A stretch of DNA of 64,000 nt from Gemmataceae bacterium (GTDB lineage: Bacteria > Planctomycetota > Planctomycetia > Gemmatales > Gemmataceae), in assembly GCA_028288765.1 (NCBI GenBank), contig JAQGHQ010000390.1:3665-67664 (forward strand). Direction: 5' to 3'. The position numbers and the translations under genes are program-made. The notes under the pieces were generated by a model. It was given only the letters and a program-made list of their open reading frames with translations, was not told the origin of the DNA and made no database searches. This document shows positions 57,301 through 64,000 of the stretch, piece by piece (within the stretch, counting starts at the first letter, position 1; every line of letters begins with the position of its first letter).

Positions 57301-57521
57301 CGCGCCTGCCGGTCGGGCTCGTCCCGGCCGCGGACCGCCCGCCGGTCGGCCGGGAGACCTGGGGTGACACGGCCGTTCGCCTGCCGGACGAGTTCCGCGG
57401 CGGCCGGTGGGCGAACGTGTTCACCGGCGCGGCGGTCACCGCCACCGGCGGCGTGCTCCCGGTCGCCGACGTCCTCGGGGTGTTCCCGGTCGCGGTGCTG
57501 ATCCGGCGGCGGGGTGATTAG
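54399..57521 (+). CDS. treY: Malto-oligosyltrehalose synthase
   Basis: P.ATYRFQF, YL.ALGVTHIYASPI, HGYDVVD, D.VPNHM, EINYRRFFDVN, GLRIDHPDGL.DP, VEKIL, STHDTKRSED.RAR, PGVPDTYQG.E. Confidence 0.96.
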   Translation: MTADEPIPEPLSGTAGFDRLAAAAVRRAAARRRTPGATYRFQFHKEFTLRHATQLVPYLHALGVTHIYASPILKARPGSHHGYDVVDHGRLNPEVGTEEDLADLAAALAAREMGLILDAVPNHMCIGGDNPWWTDVLEHGPSSPYSESFDIAWFDSPRPGMTGRLLYPVLGDPYGTVLEGGQLKPVFEHGQFSVWYYDTRLPIDPRTYDRILAPAAGELMARLGPEEPDTIELLSILNAISHLPPRIETDPGRVALGRVEIASLKRRLSDLGERFPAAAEAVAGGVLKLAGVPGDPASFAPLDDLLEAQAYRLCFWRVASDEINYRRFFDVNELAAVATEREDVFRAVHRKLLEWLAAGRAEGLRIDHPDGLYDPKQYLDRLQAHYLLALARELWVGTPDDYPGVDWDRDEPALLERLNSQLGGGHEPPAGAETGSDSSAQFGGLIPPARRGLPLYVVVEKILGDNEPLPPDWACDGTTGYEFLTAINNLFVDPAGESRLTRLYHEFTGLTDPFPQVVYERKGQIMASSLASELTALAYQLDRLARLDRRSRDFTLYGLKRALREVIACFPVYRSYVNGGVHDSDKAVIGRAVSRARRRNPMLGTAIFDFIRDTILLKDRPSGPASEEYRALQRRFAGKFQQLTSPVTAKGIEDTAFYVYNRFVSLNEVGGEPGRFGWPPDRVHRFLADRAATFPGGLSPLSTHDTKRSEDGRARLNVLSELPGEWADRVGRWAHLNGRHKTDLEDGATAPDANEEYLIYQTLVGIWPPDRRPDGLKDRVQAYVKKALCEAKVHSSWINPDRDYEAAVAKFVDGILDPAGSAEFLTDLQHFVDRVAVFGRVNALAQTVLRCTAPGVPDTYQGTEAWDFSLVDPDNRRPVDYAAREEWLRDVTAAPAGDAQTLGRLARNLADPRAKVFTVARALRCRREHPALFEEGAYTPVTAEGEKADHVFGFLRHRTGEAALVLVPRLPVGLVPAADRPPVGRETWGDTAVRLPDEFRGGRWANVFTGAAVTATGGVLPVADVLGVFPVAVLIRRRGD
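55664..55746. repeat. REP-like inverted doublet in frame within treY
   Basis: gggcggggggcatgagccccccg (55664-55686) and cggggggctcataccccccgccc (55724-55746); one mismatch; each arm is itself a hairpin. Confidence 0.75.
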
Positions 57522-57527
57522 GCAAGC

Positions 57528-57675
57528 CCCGGGTGGCATGTCCACGGCTTTGCGTGGACATGGGGAGCCGGTGGACGGGGGGCTGATCCCGACCACAGAT
57601 TCGGTCGAGCCGGCGGTCATCCGGGATCATCGAAGCCCCCCATGTCCACGCAAAGCCGTGGACATGCCACCCGGG
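57528..57675. repeat. REP-like doublet, perfect 38-bp inverted repeat between treY and treZ
   Basis: cccgggtggcatgtccacggctttgcgtggacatgggg and its exact reverse complement at 57638-57675; each has an internal 10-bp stem. Confidence 0.9.
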
Positions 57676-57729
57676 CCAGAACCTCGCGGGCCGCATATTC
57701 TCCTGTCCAACGTCAAACCTGGATTCGCG

Positions 57730-59616
57730 ATGTCCGAGCCCGCACCACTGCCGCCCGCCTTCGCCCGCCGCCTCCCGGTCGGGGCAGACATCGTCCCCGG
57801 TCGCGGAGTTCACTTCCGGGTCTGGGCGCCGATCCGCAAGACGGTCGAGGTGGTGGTCGAAGGCGGGCCGACGGTCCCGCTCGCGGCCGAGCCCGGCGGG
57901 TACTTTTCCGGGCTGGTCGAAGGGATCGGCGCCGGCGCACGGTACAAGTTCCGGCTCGACGGCGGCGACTACCTGTTCCCGGACCTCGCGTCCCGGTTCC
58001 AGCCGGCCGGGCCACACGGGCCGTCCCAGGTCGTCGACCCGACGACGTTCCGGTGGACCGACCACGCCTGGGGTGGGGTGCCGGAGACGGGGCAGGTGCT
58101 CTACGAGATGCACATCGGCACGTTCACCCCGGCCGGGACGTGGGCGGCCGCGGCCGCCCGGCTCCCGGACCTCGTCGACCTCGGGATCACCGCCCTCGAG
58201 GTGATGCCGGCCGCCGAGTTCCCGGGGAGGTTCGGGTGGGGCTACGACGGGGTCCAGCTCTTCGCCCCGACCCGCCTCTACGGCGCCCCGGACGACATGC
58301 GGGCCTTCGTGGACCGCGCCCACGCGCTCGGGCTCGGGGTGATCCTCGACGTGGTCTACAACCACTTCGGCCCGGACGGGAACTACGTCGGCGCGTTCGC
58401 CCCGCAGTTCCACAGCAAGACCCACAAGACCGAGTGGGGCGAGCCGATCAACTTCGACGGCCCGGGCAGCGGCCCGGTGCGCGAGTTCTTCGTGGCGAAC
58501 GCGGGCTACTGGGTCGACGAGTTCCACGTCGACGGGCTCCGGCTCGACGCCGTCCACGCGATCGTCGACGATTCCCCCGAGCCCATCGTGACCGCGGTCG
58601 CCCGCCGGGTGCGGGAAGCGGCGAAGGGCCGGCTGACTTATGTGATGGCCGAGAATGAGGCGCAGGACTCGAACCTGGTGCGGCCCGTGGACGAGGGCGG
58701 GAGCGGGCTGAATGCCGTGTGGAACGACGACCTGCACCACGCCGCCCGGGTCGCCCTGACCGGGAAGAACGAGGGGTACTTCTCCGATTACCTCGGCGCC
58801 CCGCAGGAGTTCGTCAGCGCGGCGAAGTGGGGCTTCCTATACCAGGGGCAGCAGTACCGGTGGCACCACCGCCGCCGGGGCAAGCCGGCGTTCGACATCC
58901 CCCGGCACCGGTTCGTCACGTTCATCGAGAACCACGACCAGATCGCCAACTCCGGCCGCGGGCATCGCGTCCACCAGCTCGCCAGCCCGGCGAAGTGCCG
59001 GGCGGTCACCGCGTACTTGCTGCTCGGCCCGGGCACCCCGATGCTCTTCCAGGGCCAGGAATACGCCAGCACCAAGCCGTTCCTCTACTTCGCCGACCAC
59101 GCCCCGGACCTGGCAAAGCTCGTCCACGAGGGGCGGAAGAAGGAACTGGCGCGGTTCCGGAGCCAGTCGGCCCCGGACGTGCTGGCCGTCCTGGTCGGGG
59201 ACCCGGCCGACCCGGCGACGTTCGGGCGGTGCAAGCTGGACCCCGCCGAGCGGGCGGCGCGCGGGGAGTGGCTCGCGCTGCACAAGGACCTCATCGCCCT
59301 GCGGAAATCGGACCCCGCATTCCGGCCGGGGCTCGTCGTCGACGGGGCGGTCCTCGACGCCACCGCGTTCGTGCTTCGGTACTTCGTCCCGGACGAGCAC
59401 GACCGGCTGCTCGTAGTGAACCTGGGCCGCGACCTCCGGCTGGAGCCGGCCCCGGAGCCGTTACTCGCCCCGCCCGAGAGCGGATTGGTCTGGACCCCGA
59501 TCTGGTCGAGCGAGAACCCCAAATACGGCGGGCTCGGGACCGCCCCGCTCGACACCGACCAGAACTGGGAGGTCCCCGGCGAGGCCGCGGTGTTGCTCGC
59601 CCCGGCCCCGCGCTGA
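57730..59616 (+). CDS. treZ: Malto-oligosyltrehalose trehalohydrolase
   Basis: FRVWAP, PDLASRFQP.GPHGPS, YEMHIGTFT, WGYDGV, DVVYNHFGPDGN, DGLRLDAVH, WNDD.HH, ENHDQIAN, PMLFQGQE. Confidence 0.95.
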   Translation: MSEPAPLPPAFARRLPVGADIVPGRGVHFRVWAPIRKTVEVVVEGGPTVPLAAEPGGYFSGLVEGIGAGARYKFRLDGGDYLFPDLASRFQPAGPHGPSQVVDPTTFRWTDHAWGGVPETGQVLYEMHIGTFTPAGTWAAAAARLPDLVDLGITALEVMPAAEFPGRFGWGYDGVQLFAPTRLYGAPDDMRAFVDRAHALGLGVILDVVYNHFGPDGNYVGAFAPQFHSKTHKTEWGEPINFDGPGSGPVREFFVANAGYWVDEFHVDGLRLDAVHAIVDDSPEPIVTAVARRVREAAKGRLTYVMAENEAQDSNLVRPVDEGGSGLNAVWNDDLHHAARVALTGKNEGYFSDYLGAPQEFVSAAKWGFLYQGQQYRWHHRRRGKPAFDIPRHRFVTFIENHDQIANSGRGHRVHQLASPAKCRAVTAYLLLGPGTPMLFQGQEYASTKPFLYFADHAPDLAKLVHEGRKKELARFRSQSAPDVLAVLVGDPADPATFGRCKLDPAERAARGEWLALHKDLIALRKSDPAFRPGLVVDGAVLDATAFVLRYFVPDEHDRLLVVNLGRDLRLEPAPEPLLAPPESGLVWTPIWSSENPKYGGLGTAPLDTDQNWEVPGEAAVLLAPAPR

Positions 59617-59813
59617 CCGCACCTACCCGAGTGTCCCGAGCACAGGTCTCGGGGTGCGCACCCCGTTCGGATAAGCACCCGACCGCGGTACGGGTCCAGG
59701 ATTTACACCCGGAAGGGGGGACGGCCCTGAGCCCAGGGCATCGCCCCGGCCGGGCTCGCCGCGGCGCACATCCGTAACATACCCGTATGACCCCATGACC
59801 CCGAGGCCCGCAC

Positions 59814-61157
59814 GTGTTCCGGCTCAAGCCCGGCCCGGCCCCGACCCGGTGGGACCTCGACGCCGAAGCGGTCGCGGTCAAAATCCGCTGGTTCGGGCTC
59901 GTGGTCGGCTACCTGTACGCCAACTTCGGCCCGGCCGCCGACCCGACCCCGCTCAACGTCATCCTCGCGCTCGGGTTCGCGTTCACCGCCCTCGACACCT
60001 ACCTGTCGTGGCGGGGCCGGGTGGTCCTCGGCGCGTTCCCGCTCGTCGTGTCGTGCATGGAAGCCCTGTTCATCGGCCTCCTGTGCTACACCGACGGGGG
60101 GCTCGAGAGCCCGTTCCGATACTACTACATCCTCTCGCTCGTCTGCGCCGGCATCCGGTACTCCCCGGCCGTCACCGGCGTGACCTTCGGGCTCGATTGC
60201 CTGAGCTACGTCGTCCTGTTCCTCACCCTCCCGGCCGACCGCCGGGGCGGGGCCTCGCTCGTCCTCGGCCTGATCGTCCTCGGCTGGGTGACCTGGGCGG
60301 CGGTCGCCCTGGCCCGGCTCCTCCGGCGGGTCGGCGACCAGCTCTCCGGGCTGAACCACCAGCTCCGCGAGAACCAGGCTCTCCTTGAGGAACGGATGGC
60401 CGAACGGACCCGGGAGCTGCAGGAGTCGCAGGCCCAGGTGCTCCACCAGGAGAAGATGGCCGCGTTCGGCCTGCTCGCCGCGGGGATCGCGCACGAGGTC
60501 GGGAACCCGCTCACCTCGATCAGCACGCTCGTCCAGATGCTCGAACGCCGCGACCCGGACGACTACACCCGCGAACGGCTCGGGCTGGTCACCACCCAGC
60601 TCACCCGCATCCAGGCGATCCTCCGGGAGCTCGTCACCTTCAGCCGGCCGGCGAGCGACACCCGGGTCCGGGTCTGCCTGAAGACGATCATCGACGAGGC
60701 GCTCGGGATCGCGAAGTACTACAAGGGGGTGAAGGGCCGCGAGGTCCGGGCCGACATCCCCGCCGGCCTGCCCCCCCTCGTCGGCGTCCGCGACCAGCTC
60801 GTCCAGGTGTTCTTCAACCTCGTGCTAAACGCGATCGACGCGACCGGGAAGGGCGGGAAGGTGGTGATTTCCGCCCGCGCGACCGGCGGGACCCTGGTCG
60901 CGACCGTGGCGGACGACGGGCACGGGATCGACCCGAAGCACCGGGAGCGGCTGTTCCGCCCGTACTTCACCACCAAGCGGCACGGCACCGGGCTGGGCCT
61001 CTTCGTCACCCAGAAACTGGTCCACGCCCACGGCGGGACGGTCGGGTGCGAGTCCCACCCGGGGGAAGGCACCACGTTCCGGCTGGTGTTCCCACTCGCC
61101 CCGCCCCCCGCCGCGCCGGCGGACCTGACCGGTGGAAGTCTCTCCCATGCCACCTAA
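59814..61157 (+). CDS. Membrane sensor histidine kinase (NtrB-like)
   Basis: About 5-6 TM helices; EKMAAFGLLAAGIAHEVGNPL; QVFFNLVLNA.DA; D.G.G; YFTTK..GTGLGL. Confidence 0.93.
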   Translation: MFRLKPGPAPTRWDLDAEAVAVKIRWFGLVVGYLYANFGPAADPTPLNVILALGFAFTALDTYLSWRGRVVLGAFPLVVSCMEALFIGLLCYTDGGLESPFRYYYILSLVCAGIRYSPAVTGVTFGLDCLSYVVLFLTLPADRRGGASLVLGLIVLGWVTWAAVALARLLRRVGDQLSGLNHQLRENQALLEERMAERTRELQESQAQVLHQEKMAAFGLLAAGIAHEVGNPLTSISTLVQMLERRDPDDYTRERLGLVTTQLTRIQAILRELVTFSRPASDTRVRVCLKTIIDEALGIAKYYKGVKGREVRADIPAGLPPLVGVRDQLVQVFFNLVLNAIDATGKGGKVVISARATGGTLVATVADDGHGIDPKHRERLFRPYFTTKRHGTGLGLFVTQKLVHAHGGTVGCESHPGEGTTFRLVFPLAPPPAAPADLTGGSLSHAT

Positions 61158-62535
61158 ACCCGTTGCCCCGGCCTCCGTCCTCGTCGTGGACGACGAGCCG
61201 ATCATCCGCGCGAACCTGGCCGAGTTCCTCCAGCAGGAGGGGTTCGCCGTCCAGACCGCCGCGACCGGCGAGGCGGCGGTCGCCCTCGTGGCCAAACACA
61301 AGTTCGACGCGATCCTGTGCGACGTGAACCTCCCGGGCCTCGACGGGATCGAGGTGCTGGAGCGGGTGGCGACGCTCAGCCCGGAGACGTTCGTCCTGCT
61401 GATCACCGCGTACGCGACGGTCGAGTCGGCGGTCGACGCGCTTCACAAGGGGGCGCAAGACTACCTGATGAAGCCGATCCTCCTCCGCGAGGTCGAGCGG
61501 AAGCTCCGCCGGCTGCTGCAGCAGCGCGCCCTGTTCCACGAGAACCAGTGGCTCCGGCGGGAGCTGAGCCGGGCGGCGGACCCCGGGGAGATGGTGGTCG
61601 GCCGCGGCCCGGCGATGAAGCAGATCTACGCGATGGCCCGGAAGGTCGCGCCGACCCCGTCCACGGTGCTGATCACGGGCGAGAGCGGGACCGGCAAGGA
61701 ACTCCTGGCCCGGGCGGTCCACGAGTTCTCCCAGGCGGCGAAACCGACCGCCGGCCGGTTCGTGGCGGTGAACTGCGCCGCCATCCCGCACGACCTGATC
61801 GAGAACCAGCTGTTCGGGCACCGCAAGGGGGCGTTCACCGGGGCCGACAGCGACGTCCCCGGGGTGTTCGCCCACGCGGCGGCCGGGACCGTCTTCCTCG
61901 ACGAGATCGGCGAGCTCCCGCCGGCCACGCAGGCCAAACTGCTGCGGGTAATCGAGCAGAAGGAAGTGATGCCGGTCGGGGCGAGCGAGCCGGTCCGGGT
62001 CGAGGCGCGGATCGTGGCGGCGACGAACAAGGACCTGGCCAAGGAGGCCGAGGCCGGGCGGTTCCGGGAGGACCTGTTCTACCGGCTGAACGTGGTGGTG
62101 CTGAAACTGCCCCCGCTCCGCGACCGCCGCGAGGACATCCCGGAGCTGGTGGACCATCTACTCGCGAAACACGCCCGCGCGATGGGGAAGAAGGTGAGCG
62201 GGGTGACGCACGAGGCGATGCAGTTGCTCCAGGTGTGCCCCTGGAAAGGAAACATCCGGGAGCTGGACAACGCGCTCCAGCGGGCGGTGATCCTGGGTGA
62301 CGGCCCGCTCGTGACCCCGGCCGACCTGCCCCCGGACCTCTCCCCCCGGGCCGACGACCCGTCGGCGGTGGACGAGCTCGGGAAGGCGGTGGAGCGGTTC
62401 GAGAAACTGCACATCGAGCGCATTCTGCGGCAGACGGCGGATAAGCGCGAGGCCGCCCGCCGGCTCGACATCGGGCTGAGCTCGCTCTACCGCAAGATCG
62501 AGCAGTACGGGATCGCGGGCGAGCGGCCGGTGTGA
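61147..62535 (+). CDS. Sigma-54-dependent response regulator (NtrC family enhancer-binding protein)
   Basis: LVVDDE, CDVNLPG.DG, GESGTGKE, NCAAI, GAFTGA, FLDEIG, FREDLFYRLNV, WKGNIREL, Fis-type HTH; overlaps the HK stop. Confidence 0.96.
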   Translation: MPPKPVAPASVLVVDDEPIIRANLAEFLQQEGFAVQTAATGEAAVALVAKHKFDAILCDVNLPGLDGIEVLERVATLSPETFVLLITAYATVESAVDALHKGAQDYLMKPILLREVERKLRRLLQQRALFHENQWLRRELSRAADPGEMVVGRGPAMKQIYAMARKVAPTPSTVLITGESGTGKELLARAVHEFSQAAKPTAGRFVAVNCAAIPHDLIENQLFGHRKGAFTGADSDVPGVFAHAAAGTVFLDEIGELPPATQAKLLRVIEQKEVMPVGASEPVRVEARIVAATNKDLAKEAEAGRFREDLFYRLNVVVLKLPPLRDRREDIPELVDHLLAKHARAMGKKVSGVTHEAMQLLQVCPWKGNIRELDNALQRAVILGDGPLVTPADLPPDLSPRADDPSAVDELGKAVERFEKLHIERILRQTADKREAARRLDIGLSSLYRKIEQYGIAGERPV

Positions 62536-62570
62536 GACGAGCGGGCGCGGGGTGTGGGGATTCGTCTTTC

Positions 62571-63959
62571 TCAGCCCAATTCGTCGATCGGCTTGCCGAA
62601 GGGCAGCACCGAGATCGGCCGGCCGCTGCCGTTTAGGTACTGGGCGTTGATGTCGACCCCGAGGTGCTGGTACACGGTCGCGAGCACGTCCTGCGGGCTC
62701 TTCGGGTTCGCCTTCGGGAACGCCCCCTTGGAGTCCGACTCGCCGACCACCCGGCCGCCCTTGACCGGGCCGCCGGCCAGGGCCGCGCTGAACACGTTCG
62801 GGTAGTGGTCCCGGCCGGCGTCGTTGTTCACCCGCGGGGTCCGGCCGAACTCGCCCCAGGCCAGCACCAGCGTCGTCTCCAGCAGGCCGCGGGACTCGAG
62901 GTCCTCGATCAGGGCGGTGTACGCCCGGTCCCACCGCGGCAGGAACCCCAGCTTGAGCGACTCGAACCCCTTCACGTGCGTGTCCCACCACCGCAGGTCG
63001 ACCGTGACCAGCCGGACCCCGGCCTCGACCAGCCGGCGGGCCAGGAGGATCCGCTGGGCCCAGTTCGGGGCCCCGCACCGGTTGGACGCCTTCGGGTCGA
63101 ACGCCGGCATGAGCCCGTACCGCTCCCGGACCTTCTCCGGCTCCCGGTCGAGGTCGAACGCGTCCCGGGCGGCGGGCGAGGTCAGGGTCTCCCAGGCCCG
63201 GGCCTGAAACCGGTCCATCGCGTCGAGCTGGCCCGACGTCTCCAGGTCGCGGCGGACCCGGTCGAAGTCCTTGAGCAGCACCTTTCGGTCGCCGATCTGT
63301 TCGGTCGTGATCCCGGTGGCGAGGGAGAAGTTCGGCACCTTGAACGGGCCCGGCTGGGCCGGGTCGGCCTGGGTCTCGAACCCTTTGTGCGCGACCCCGA
63401 GGTACGCCGACCCGGCCCCGGGTACCTGCCGGGGGATCATCACGTACGCCGGCATGGACGGGGTGAGGTGGCCGAGCTGTTTGGAGACGATCGAGCCGAC
63501 CGACGGGTGGACGTTCTCGTCCGGCATCGGGCCGCTGTTGTACCCGGTGAAGCAGATCTGGTCGCCGGTGCTGTGCCCCGCGTCGTGGTGGTTGAGGCTC
63601 CGGACGATCGACCACTTGTCCATCATCTTCGCGGACATCGGGAGCAGGTCGCCGAGCCGGACGCCGGGCACGTTGGTGCCCACCGTCCCGAACTCGCCGC
63701 GGTACTCCGCCGGGGCGTCGGGCTTGGGGTCCCACATGTCGATGTGGCTGGGCCCGCCCCGCATCCAGAGGAGGATGACGGAGGTCATCCGGCCGGAGGG
63801 CGAACCGGGCTTCGCGCGGGTCTCTTCCGCCCGGAGTAGGTCGCCCAACCCGAGGCCGGCGGCCCCGAGCAGGCCGGCCTTCACGAAGCTGCGGCGGTCG
63901 GGGCGGAGCGAGCGACGGAACTCGGCACAACCGATGCGGTCGGCGGTCGGAGCGGGCAT
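62571..63959 (-). CDS. DUF1501 domain-containing protein
   Basis: RRSFVKAG, GGPSHIDMWDPKP, LLARRLVEAGV, WDTH, GEFGRTPRVN, GRDHYP. Confidence 0.93.
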   Translation of the reverse strand: MPAPTADRIGCAEFRRSLRPDRRSFVKAGLLGAAGLGLGDLLRAEETRAKPGSPSGRMTSVILLWMRGGPSHIDMWDPKPDAPAEYRGEFGTVGTNVPGVRLGDLLPMSAKMMDKWSIVRSLNHHDAGHSTGDQICFTGYNSGPMPDENVHPSVGSIVSKQLGHLTPSMPAYVMIPRQVPGAGSAYLGVAHKGFETQADPAQPGPFKVPNFSLATGITTEQIGDRKVLLKDFDRVRRDLETSGQLDAMDRFQARAWETLTSPAARDAFDLDREPEKVRERYGLMPAFDPKASNRCGAPNWAQRILLARRLVEAGVRLVTVDLRWWDTHVKGFESLKLGFLPRWDRAYTALIEDLESRGLLETTLVLAWGEFGRTPRVNNDAGRDHYPNVFSAALAGGPVKGGRVVGESDSKGAFPKANPKSPQDVLATVYQHLGVDINAQYLNGSGRPISVLPFGKPIDELG

Positions 63960-64000
63960 GAAAGGAACTCCGGCAGCGGGACGGGCAGGTTGGCGGGAAG

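Noticed and set aside
1-64000. tRNA, rRNA, riboswitch, integrase or IS transposase
   Set aside because: None recognised by eye; small structured RNAs cannot be excluded without an Infernal/tRNAscan search.

Overview
Very GC-rich bacterial DNA with a Planctomycetota gene repertoire, most likely Gemmataceae-like (inferred from DUF1501, DUF1549/DUF1553, PPC-domain proteins and ECF sigma + Ser/Thr kinase pairs). I call about 40 protein-coding loci. I see no rRNA, tRNA, CRISPR array or intact transposase. Left part (1-39 kb): two ECF sigma/STK pairs, a double alpha/beta hydrolase, a divergent SDR/HxlR pair, a DUF1549-DUF1501-DUF1501-PPC operon, ilvE, dipeptidase, MFS, P450, AAA ATPase, a broken cfa next to an acyl-ACP desaturase, GH20 and a YXWGXW-repeat protein. 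Right part (39-62.5 kb): a putative stress/desiccation island (FAD-Rieske oxidoreductase, DUF1328, AsmA-like giant protein, Wza-like lipoprotein, treX/glgX-treY-treZ). Five of its intergenic regions carry correctly oriented sigma-54-type -24/-12 motifs. It also encodes an NtrC-type two-component system and a histidine kinase whose N-terminus resembles the plant ETR1 ethylene-binding domain. Several families of palindromic repeats occur throughout. Some lie in frame inside proteins, and one appears to supply a signal peptide. Six frameshifts in four consecutive genes cluster at 16.1-21.1 kb and may be sequencing error or local decay. All calls come from reading motifs by eye; no database searches were run.
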